Assembly: GCA_032718475.1 (NCBI GenBank)
Contig: JAUCBJ010005177.1
Coordinates: 1-58,614 of the forward strand
Direction of reading: 5' to 3'
Length of the DNA: 58,614 bases
Source of the DNA: Nemertoderma westbladi
Lineage: Eukaryota > Animalia > Xenacoelomorpha
Shown piece after piece: positions 48,021-58,614 of this stretch. The number at the start of each line of letters is the position of its first letter. Within the stretch, counting starts at the first letter, position 1. Both the position numbers and the translations under genes were made by a program. The notes beneath the pieces are model-generated. The model searched no databases and was not told where the DNA came from. It saw only the letters and a list, made by a program, of their open reading frames with translations.

Positions 48021-51000
48021 AGACTTCAGTACTTATTTCAGTCTGAACGGACAGACTTCAGTACTTATTTCAGTCAGAACGGACACTGAACGGACATACT
48101 TCAGTACTTATATCAGTCTGAACGGACAGACTTCAGTACTTATTTCAGTCTGAACGGACAGACTTCAGTACTTATTTCAGTCTGAACGGACATTTCATTC
48201 TAAACGGACATACTTCAGTACTTATGTCAGTCTGAACGGACACACTTCAGTACATTTTTCAGTCTGAACCGACAGACTTTAGTACTTATTTCAGTCTGAG
48301 CGGACAGACTTTAGTACTTATTTCAGTCTAAACGGACAGACTTCAGTACTAATTTCAGTCTGAACGGACAGACTTCAGTACTAATTTCAGTCTGAACGGA
48401 CAGACTTCAGTACTCATTTCAGTCTAAACGGACAGACTTCAGTACTAATTTCAATCTGAACGGACAGACTTCAGTACTCATTTCAGTCTAAACGGACAGA
48501 CTTCAGTACTTATTTCAGTCTGAACGGACAGACTTCAGTACTTATTTCAGTCAGAACGGACACTGAACGGACATACTTCAGTACTTATATCAGTCTGAAC
48601 GGACAGACTTCAGTACTTATTTCAGTCTGAACGAACATACTTCAGTACTTATTTCAGTCTGAACGGACATTTCATTCCAAACGGACATACTTCAGTACTT
48701 ATGTCAGTCTGAACGGACACACTTCAGTACATTTTTCAGTCTGAACCGACAGACTTTAGTACTTATTTCAGTCTGAGCGGACAGACTTTAGTACTTATTT
48801 CAGTCTAAATGGACAGACTTCAGTACTTATTTCAGTCTGAACAGACAAACTTCAATACTTATTTCAGTCTGAACGGACATACTTCAGTACTTATTTCAGT
48901 CCAAACGGACAGACTTTAATACTTTTCAGTCTGAGCGGACAGACTTCAGTACTTATTTCAGTCTGAACATACATACTTCAGTACATATTTCAGTCTGAAC
49001 GGACACACTTCAGTACTTATTTCAGTCGGAACCGGCAGACTTCAATACTCAATTCAACCTGAACAGACAGACTTCAGTACTTATTTCAGTCTGAACGGAC
49101 ATACTTTAGTACTTATTCAGTCTGAACGGACAGACTTCAGTACTTATTTCAGTCTGAACGGACAGACTTCAGTACTTATTTCAGTCTGAACGGACACACT
49201 TCAGTACTTATTTCAGTCGGAACCGACAGACTTCAATACTTAATTCAGTCTGAACAGACAGACTTCAGTACTTATTTCAGTCGGAACCTACAGACTTCAA
49301 TACTCAATTCAGTCTGAACAGACAGACTTCAGTACTTATTTCAGTCTGAACGGACATACTTCAGTACTTATTCAGTCTGAACGGACAGACTTCAGTACTT
49401 ATTTCAGTCTGAACGGACACACTTCAGTACTTATTTCAGTCGGAACCGACAGACTTCAATACTCAATTCAGTCTGAACAGACAGACTTCAGTACTTATTT
49501 CAGTCGGAACCGACAGACTTCAATACTCAATTCAGTCTGAACAGACAGACTTCAGTACTTATTTCAGTCTGAACGGACATACTTCAGTACTTATTCTGTC
49601 TGAACGGACAGACTTCAGTACTTATTCAGTCTGAACGGACAGACTTCAGTACTTATTTCAGTCTGAACGGACAGACTTCGGCACTTATTTCAGTCTGAAC
49701 GGACATACTTCAGTACTTATTTCAGTCTGAACGGACATACTTCAGTACTTATTCAGTCTGAACGGACAGACTTCAGTACTTATTTCAGTCTGAACGGACA
49801 TACTTCAGTACTTATTTCAGTCCAAACGGACAGATTTTAATACTTTTCAGTCTGAACGGACAGACTTCAGTACTCATTTCAGTCTGAACGGATAGACTTC
49901 AGTACTTATTCAGTCTGAACGGACAGACTTCAGTACTTATTTCAGTCTGAACGGACAGACTTCAGTACTTATTTCAGTCTGAACGGACATACTTCAGTAC
50001 TTATTTCAGTCCAAACGGACAGACTTTAATACTTTTCAGTCTGAACGGACAGACTTCAGTACTCGTTTCAGTCTGAACGGATAGACTTCAGTACTTATTC
50101 AGTCTGAACAGACAGACTTCAGTACTTATTTCAGTCTGAATGGACATACTTCAGTACTTATTTCAGTCCAAACGGACAGACTTTAATACTTTTCAGTCTG
50201 AACGGACAGACTTCAGCACTTATTTCAGTCTGAACGGACATACTTCACTACTTATTTCAGTCTGAACGGACAAACTTCAGTACATATTTTAGTCTGAACT
50301 GACAGACTTCAGTACTTATTTCAGTCTGAACGGACATACTTCAGTACATATTTCAGTCTGAACGGACAAACGTCAGTACTCATTTCAGTACAAACGGATA
50401 GACTTTAGTACTTATTTTAGTCTGAACGGACAGACTTCAGTACTTATTTCAGTCTGAACGGACAAACTTCAGTACATATTTTAGTCTGAACTGACAGACT
50501 TCAGTACTCATTTCAGTACAAACGGATATACTTCAGTAGTATTTCAGTCTGAACGGACAGACCTCAGCACTTATTTCAGTCTGAACGGACAGACTTCAGT
50601 ACTCATTTCAGTACAAACGGATATACTTCAGTACTTATTTCAGTCTGAACGGACAGACTTCAGTATTTATTTCAGTCTGAACGGACATACTTCAGTACTT
50701 ATTTCAGTCCAAACGGACAGACTTTAATACTTTTCAGTCTGAACGGACAGACTTCAGTACTCGTTTCAGTCTGAACGGATAGACTTCAGTACTTATTCAG
50801 TCTGAACAGACAGACTTCAGTACTTATTTCAGTCTGAATGGACATACTTCAGTACTTATTTCAGTCCAAACGGACAGACTTTAATACTTTTCAGTCTGAA
50901 CGGACAGACTTCAGCACTTATTTCAGTCTGAACGGACAAACTTCAGGACTTATTTTAGTCTGAAGGGACAGACTGCAGTACTAATTTTAGTCTGAACGGA

Positions 51001-51803
51001 CAGACTTCAACACTTATTTCAGTCCAAACGGACAGACTTCAGTACTTATTTCAGTCTGAACGGACAGACCTCAACACTTATTTCAGTCTGAACGGACAGA
51101 CTTCAGTACATATTTCAGTCTGAACGGACAGACTTCAGTACTTATTTCAGTCCAAATGGACAGACTTCAGTACTTATTTCAGTCCAAACGGACAGACTTC
51201 AGTACTTATTTCAGTCCAAACGGACAGACTTCAGTACTTATTTCAGTCCAAACGGACAGACTTCAGTACATATTTCAGTCTGAACGGACATACTTCAGTA
51301 CTTATTTCAGTCCAAACGGACAGACTTTAATACTTTTCAGTCTGAACGGACAGACTTCAGCACTTATTTCAGTCTGAACGGACAAACTTCAGGACTTATT
51401 TTAGTCTGAAGGGACAGACTTCAGTACTAATTTTAGTCTGAACGGACAGACTTCAACACTTATTTCAGTCCAAACGGACAGACTTCAGTACTTATTTCAG
51501 TCTGAACGGACAGACCTCAACACTTATTTCAGTCTGAACGGACAGACTTCAGTACATATTTCAGTCTGAACGGACAGACTTCAGTACTTATTTCAGTCCA
51601 AATGGACAGACTTCAGTACTTATTTCAGTCCAAACGGACAGACTTCAGTACTTATTTCAGTCCAAATGGACAGACTTCAGTACTTATTTCAGTCCAAACG
51701 GACAGACTTCAGTACTTATTTCAGTCCAAACGGACAGACTTCAGTACTTATTTCAGTCTGAACGGATAGACTTCAGTACTTATTTCAGTCTGAACGGACA
51801 GAC
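48021..51803. repeat. 32-bp minisatellite array (~118 copies, 3.8 kb)
   Basis: Consensus AGACTTCAGTACTTATTTCAGTCTGAACGGAC. Confidence 0.98.
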
Positions 51804-51921
51804 ATCAGACTATAAACTGGTTTCATTTTGTACCACCGATATCATTATTTTGCACGAATAATTCACTGTGTTTACCTTTAGAGGCACAGGGGAGGGATAC
51901 TATCGGGTGAGACAACGAATC

Positions 51922-54900
51922 TCAGGATATTTTGGACGCCTTTAGTCTCTGAGCACCGAGACTTTTAACCTGTTTACCGCGGGGTTTAGTGTCCCATTCC
52001 TGTCCCCAATCATCGTCGTCCCACCCGCTTGGAGCCGCCACCCCAGTAGACTGACCTAGAGTGGACGCAGGTTGCTTAGCAACAACCTCGAAACCCCAAT
52101 CAGCGTCGATGTCCCAGGAGTCCTTCCTACCGGCGGGAGTCTGTCGACGGGATTTACTCGAACTTTTGTGCGGATTTCGCTCGGACCCGGATTTACTGGA
52201 AGACTTGGTTGCCTTGGTAACAGGGCCTGCGGTTAGCTCCTCGAAGAACGATTCGCTGGGAGCGGGAGCGGCAGCGCTGGCGGGTTTCGCGTCCCAGTCG
52301 TAACGACTGGTCGGCGTCGCTGAAGGGGTCTCGAGAGCCGGCCAATCAGAGTCGTCCTCCCATTCGGCGGACTGCGAACCCCAATCGGATTGTGTCGAAT
52401 CGACCAACGGCGTTCTCGTCTCGGTTAACGTGCGAGTCGATTCGTACACTCTGCTCGGCGCGTCTTCTACTCCCCCTAACGGCCCCCCATCGCCCCCTAA
52501 CGAGCCCCCACTGTCCCCTAACGGCCCCCCATCACTCCCGATGTCCCCCACCTCCCCCTCCCCACCCCTAACATCCCCTCCCTTCTCCCCAACTCGAGTT
52601 ACAACGGGTTTCTTTATCTCACCGATGCGACCTTTAGTCGGGTCGTTAGCCGAACCCGCCGCGGCGCTACGATTGGACCAGATGCTGGAGGCGGCCCAGC
52701 TGAGGAGTCCGGTTGCGGACGTCCCGACCGACTCCGTCTGCCGCGAGGCCGACTCCGACTCCGCCACCAGCTCCGGGTGTTGCGACAATCTATCGAGTTT
52801 CGACACGATGGCGCCGACCGTTTTGAAACAGTTGTCCCTGACCTCGCGCTCTGGGTCGATGGTGAGTCCACAGAGCATAGGGAGGACTTTGGTAGCGAGT
52901 TCATTGATAGTGAAGTAGCGCTGTGTGGCTGCGATACCGGCGAGAGCAGCCGAGCGGGAAGGGGGGAAGGGGTCCCGTAGCGCTCGGGAGAACGCAGATA
53001 GGAGAACCTTCGGACGCGTCTAGAAACAAAAGATATAAAACAAAACAAGTTATAATAAAATGCTGTTGATGGTGGATCACTAGAGAAAGGAAAATGGTTA
53101 AAAACAACGAACAAATTATACACATTAATTAAATAATATTTTATTAAGGCCAAGGAAGGATGTTCAAACTACAAATTTATAAAATTGGGAATGTAGAGAT
53201 CAATTGATGAAATGTTCCACAATACTGCAAATATATTACCGGCTTAATTTTATCTTATTTATATCCGATGGCTTCAAGTCAAAATATCCCAAACACCAAA
53301 TTTCTGAAAAAGTTTTTATTGGTCAATTATATTAAATGCAGGATGCTGATGTTTTTTCCTAATTTCAACGGATTGGCGATATCTTAATTTGTTTTAAAGA
53401 TATAGTAAATTCAAAAATATACCAAAAGCCAATTGTTAATTTTATTTTTTTTCAAAATATCCCAAATGACATTTAAACATCCCAGATTCTGGATTATCTT
53501 GGCTAAAACCGGATATTTATTGTTTCAAATTGTCCCAAGTACCTCATAATGAAATAGACAAGCCTAGGAAAATGGCGCCAAATTTAAACAGGGGTAAAAT
53601 GCGGTATTAGGTCCCTCCACCTATTCAGCCTGTACTGTGTACCGTACTGCAGTAATACTGGTATTTTTGTATTTATACCGTAACCTGACTGACTCATTGT
53701 CTGCTAGCTTACTTTAAGTGGCTTGTTGTGTTATTTAGTTTATTATTTTGGTTAGGGTTAGTTGGTCAGGCTTTTAAGTCACAATCTAAGAATTCAAGCG
53801 GAATTTCGGACATTATTCTCATCTAGGCCCGAAGGCCGAAGGGCCGTTAAAGGCAATAATGTCCTGAAAACGAATATTACCTAAAAGAATCGAAATTTGT
53901 GGAACAAATTATGATTGTATTGTGCCTGTCTGTGCAGTCTATGAACAATAGTGTACCGGTCTATATCTAACAATGTCTTTTACTGGTTTTATTGGTAATG
54001 ATTTGAGTGACGGGGAGATGGGGAATAACCATCAGTTTAGTGCCGAGGAAGATACGTTTATGGGTGTAGGGGTGACATAAATTCGACAGTTGGTCCACCA
54101 AATCCGCAGAAAAAAACTGGCAGAAAAAGAAAAATACACGAATCAGATGATTATCCCAGGTTTAATAGAAAACTGGCCCGTCTACGTGGTCGTGGCTATA
54201 CAACAAACGGAAAGTTTCGAAAGCCAAAAGATGAGACCGATACCGCGCAAAGGTTGTGCTCGTAAGTGCAGTGAAAATTGGGCACCGGAGGAGCGATGTG
54301 AGCAGTTTGAACATTTTAGCAAAAACTTCAGAAGTCGCGAAGAGCAACATGCTTACCTTCGCACCTTAATGGAATAAAAATAAGTTGAGGAGGCGAGAGC
54401 CTGATAAGGGCACCGGTAAGAAAGGAAATCGTAAGGATGTATCAGTGGAGTGGTATTTGTACAAGGATGGCGATAAAATTCCTGTGTGTAGACAGTTTGG
54501 CGAATGTACGTTGGATGTTGGTGAACAAGTCCTGAAAATAATAGTTACGAGAACAACATCATGTGGTTCTCTTTCACACTCCCGAGGGGGTGGCGCTACC
54601 AATCGGACAGCAGAAGCGCGGGAAGGGGGAGTTCGGGAATTCATAGCGGATCTTCCCGCTATGAGTTCGCACTATTGTCGAAAGGATTCTAAACGTAAAT
54701 ACCAACCGACATCGTGTGAGAGTGAAAAGAACCTGCATCGGATCTATAAAACCAAAGTTTCAAATCCAGTGAGTTCGTCAGTTTTCCATAGGATATTGAA
54801 ATCCGAATTCAACTTGGGGTTCCATGCTCCAAAAAAGGACAAATGCCAGTTGTGTGTCCAGAACCGAAGAAACGACCTGGGGCTTAATTTGGAAGAAACA

Positions 54901-57900
54901 CTAGTGAAATAAATACGATATCTATGGCATTCAGGTCAGCACAGGAAAGAATTAGTGAAAACTACCGGTGCTGTAGTTTTGACCTACAAAAGGTCCTAAA
55001 TACACCACATTCAAACTCCATGCTCGTCGGGTTCTCTAGGCGGTTCGCTTTTTACATTGAGAGTCTTTTTGATAGTGGCACGGAAAAGGGATTTTGCTTC
55101 ATTTGGGGCGAAAACACTGCTAAGAGGGGGTCTACAGAGGTGTCTTCTGTCCTTTATAAGTATTTGGAGAACTTGAGAGGTGTCCTGGTCAGAACAAATA
55201 TAAAATTGTTATTGCCTCTCCCCACCAAGCACTTCTTCGAGTCCCGACTGTTCGACGAATCAGAGTAACATTTTTACTCCCTGATCACACTAACATGCCC
55301 GTGGATTCAATCCACGCGCGAATAGAGAATTATACGCGAAAGCGGGAGGTCTGGGCCCCTTCCGAGTGGAACACCGTCATCCGACATTCTAAAATAGAAA
55401 ATACTTACGAGGTTATTGAAATAAAATCTCACGATTTCTTCCAATGGAAACAATCTCGAATGGTTCAGATTCTTGAGAATGTCAAGAATAGCGACAAGGT
55501 GGCAGTTCCGTGGTCAAAGGCCATGTCAGTGAAGACATGGTCAAGGAGATTATTCTTCCTCGACAACGAGGAAGACATTCGCGCTCCCTTCGTTTCGATC
55601 TTCCACCACTTGCTTACCCCAACCAAGTTCCATTAGCCACTGCTAAGTTCAATGACCTTGTGTAAAAAGCGAATTCAGGAAAGAATACGAGCCCATGGTA
55701 GCAGATGACTCTGTAGATGATATTTTGAACGAAACTGATGGGAAGATTGACCTTTATTGATAATTTGTGATTGGATATATAGTGTCTTGAGATTCTACTG
55801 TTAATATTGTACACTTTTTTGATTATCAAAATGATGCTAAAATGCATTTGGGGTATTTTGAAAAATAATATTTATATTAACCCCTTTGTAAATGTAATGT
55901 TCAAAATGTCCCAATTACCCTAGACCTTAATCGCAGAATTATATTAAAAAAACGCACCCTGCAGTGGAAACAGCACGATTTTTTTAAGTAATTAAAAAAA
56001 ATCGAAATTCTGTACGGCCTTCGTCAGAATAAGAATATAAAAAAAATCTCTCCTGAACAATTTATCATTTGGCGTTTGGTATATTTTGACTTGAAGCTAT
56101 TGACTTATTCGATTATATTTTTGAACATTAACAGTGTATGACTAGTCCAGTGTATTCGTTTAAAACTAACAGGAACAGCAAATAATGTGATATTTTGCAA
56201 GAAACGAACCAGCAACTTGAATTGAACGGTTTAAAATATTATGGGGAGAGAGACCAGGGAAATAAACAAATATAATAGTATATTTGTCGTCCAGGGGAAT
56301 TATCGCACGTTGCTACATTACGTGACCATTAAGACCACCATTGACTGATTGTTGGCCACTTTTTAAATAAAATATTATCGGAGGGAAATAAAGTAATAGC
56401 AGGGAGATAAAGTAATTAAACTAAAAGTTCGAGAGAAATAAACTAATAGTTGGAAGGAAAAAAAACTATTAGTAGGTGTGAATGCTCACCTGCGGGTTTA
56501 TGTATCCAGCTATTTTCCCCAGACATACAGTGGCGTTGGTCCGTATACCGGGTTGGTCGTCCTTGCCTTGCACCTGCGCTAGGTGCTGCAGTAACACCGA
56601 ATTCAGGTGCTTATCGTTCAGCTTCCCCGCGATCAAGGACATACACTTCACGGTGTGCTCGCGAATAACCGGGTTGGAGTCGGTGAATCCGGGGACGAGT
56701 TGAGGGAATATCTGCTCGTTGGTCGTTCCTACCGAGAGGAACTCTGCGAACCGTTCCATCTGCTGGAGTAGCCGCACCCGGGTGGCGCGGTCCGGCGATT
56801 TAAATAGTTTAACGACGGCCGGGACTATCCGCTGTTGGTACTCCTCGGTGGGAAGGAGGGAACCCACCTGGGTAATACAATACAATCATTAATTAATTTA
56901 GTGATGATTAGAACTGGAAACTAAAAATGTTATTAATTATTATTATTTATCTTTTATTATCTTAAACTCTCTTTCATAAAAAATAAAAATGAAGGCAGTT
57001 CACTCGGGAGAGTCCAGACAGACAGCTGATAATTGGTAGATAATAAGCGTCGACGATCCAGATAGGGGGGGGGGGGGGGTGGGGGGGAAACTGGACGCAA
57101 TTTCGACGCAAATAATGTCACTTGTTCTATAGTGTTTAGTTTATTGTTTTGGTTAAAATAACGTGTCACTGTAACCTGCTCCTTCCCCAAAATTGAGAAT
57201 TTAACTTTGAGGCGGGATATTAATTTGCCGAGATGGGATTTGCGTCCAGTTTCCCTCTGATTAATTTGTTGTAACTATTGTAGCTAATTAATTGCTGGGT
57301 ATCCCTGAAAATACCCCTAGCGACCTGGGTCTCTTTTTTTTGCTTCCAATATCCCTCATAATTGTCTCAAAAATGCTGCAAAATAAGGTTAAATAAAATA
57401 AAATAGGCCTAAAAAATACAAACAAATCTTAATAAAGAAACCTTAATCTTAGAAATCTTAATACAGAAGACAGAAATATGGATATTCATAAGCTGTAATA
57501 CCGGTATTAAAATACCTTTAGTAAAGGCGGTAGAACAGCGCTCCCCGCGTTCCCAAACTCGAACGCATGGAGGAGCTGCGGGAGGATTCTATTCCTCGTG
57601 AAATGATGAGGAAATTCCCCCAAAACGTCGACGAGATTCTGAAAAAATTTTTGTTTTTCCGTCGCGTCGGCGACTTGGATTTCCTCCAAGAATTTATTGC
57701 ATTTCACGAAGTTGTTATCCATAAATCCGTCAGGGCGTGAGGCGCGCTCTAAGAACTGCTGTACGGAGCAGCGGGAGTTCGCGTTCTTATCGGAAAGACT
57801 CGAGAACAACGAGGAGAGATTCCTCGGAATGTTTCCGAGTTTACGAAGGTCGGAAGAGGCATGGAGTCTCCCGTTATGGATCTCCCATACGAGACAGGCA

Positions 57901-58487
57901 AATCCGTATGAGTCCGACAGATTTCGCACGCCGCGATCCGACGGTTTATAGACCGCCAACGCCGGTTGGATCGAACCCGAAGGCGGTTTACCGACGCCGG
58001 ACATAAACTCAACGCCGCCGAGTTTCCATTCCCCCGCCGCGTTTACAAACACGCTGGACGCGCAGAGATTGTTGTGGACCAAGTTGCACTGCGCGCCCAG
58101 GAAATCTACCCCTTTCGCTATCACGTGAAGTCCCCATGTGATGTCTAACCGTCGTTCGTTAGCGTCTAGTGCTGACAGATGGTCGGACAGGGGGACTATC
58201 GGTTCCGTTACTAAATAAACGCAAGTCGGAGTCTCTAGACTGTCTACGTAGGTGAGTATACTGGGATGACGCAGAGTGCGCAGTTGTTTCAACGCGTTCT
58301 GTGTAGCTTCCGCTAGGGCCGTATCTGCGTCTACCTTAGCAACGAATACAGAAACGGGTGCGCCGTTGCTACGGCGTTTCCCGTCGTTAAGCGTCCAGAT
58401 GGAAGTTTCGCTTTTATATGTTTTCACCTCCTCGCCTACTTCGAAGGCAAATGTTGCTAGCGGTGCGCGAGAAAACAGGGACCACAT
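51922..58487 (-). CDS. SCYL1: SCY1-like protein 1 (N-terminal kinase-like pseudokinase, HEAT repeats); exons 58487-57516, 56867-56490, 53019-51922 (~815 aa)
   Basis: Two phase-0 GT-AG introns join one ORF. Motifs MWSLFSR, LRTLRHPSIL, LVHNNLC..VFVNAAGEWKLGG (no HRD/DFG), ILPQLL..FEFGNAGSAVLPPLLK, KLFKSPDRATR, DDQPGIRTNATVCLGKI, RDPFPPSR, LTIDPEREVRD, acidic W-D tail, KSLGA. Confidence 0.95.
53266..56102 (+). mobile_element. Sola-type (probably Sola1) DNA transposon with decayed transposase, in SCYL1 intron 2
   Basis: 36-bp imperfect TIRs (CGATGGCTTCAAGTCAAAATATCCCAAACACCAAAT / ATTTGGCGTTTGGTATATTTTGACTTGAAGCTATTG) flank transposase fragments. Confidence 0.85.
54090..55636 (+). pseudogene. Sola-family DDE/D transposase pseudogene
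   Basis: SHYCR, FHAPKKDKCQLC, SFDLQKVLNTP, WGENTAKRGSTEV, CPGQNK (other frame), HTNMPVDSIHARIE, split by stops and frameshifts. Confidence 0.82.
57063..57255. mobile_element. Internally deleted family-A MITE in SCYL1 intron 1
   Basis: G-run-AAACTGGACGCAA ... TTGCGTCCAGTTTCCC, with a body matching 795-1047 in reverse. Confidence 0.78.
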
Positions 58488-58614
58488 TACTGCATTACTC
58501 TCGTTATTTATAATAGGCCTATCAGGTACTCAGGTAGGTCTGTAGGTACTCAGGTACTGGGCACTGCACACTGCACACTGTGGTAGAGCTGTAGAGCGTC
58601 TGTGTTTGGTGTTC

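Noticed and set aside
52061-58545. Plus-strand ORFs overlapping SCYL1 exons
   Set aside because: Antisense shadows of GC-rich coding sequence.

Overview
AT-rich genomic DNA from an invertebrate animal: GT-AG spliced genes, no prokaryotic features. There are four host genes. These are a 4-exon SVOP-like MFS transporter (+, 241-3089), a multi-exon RA-domain/coiled-coil (RASSF7-10-like) gene whose 5' end I cannot place (+, 9474-15905), an intronless CISD/mitoNEET CDS (+, 34088-34399) and a 3-exon SCYL1 pseudokinase (-, 51922-58487). The rest is mobile and repetitive DNA: an RTEX-like LINE with intact ORF1 but deleted RT, a decayed RTE LINE, a decayed Sola-type DNA transposon, several MITE families and five tandem arrays. 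The most striking element is a young 11.9-kb BEL/Pao LTR retrotransposon (20700-32639, 5-bp TSD, near-identical LTRs). It keeps Gag and protease, lacks RT and integrase, and carries an extra zinc-knuckle ORF where env usually sits. It has no tRNA primer-binding site. Instead, the 11 nt next to the 5' LTR are the perfect reverse complement of an 11-mer inside the LTR. That is the signature of Tf1-style self-primed reverse transcription, which I do not know to be described for BEL/Pao. All calls were made by eye, without database searches.
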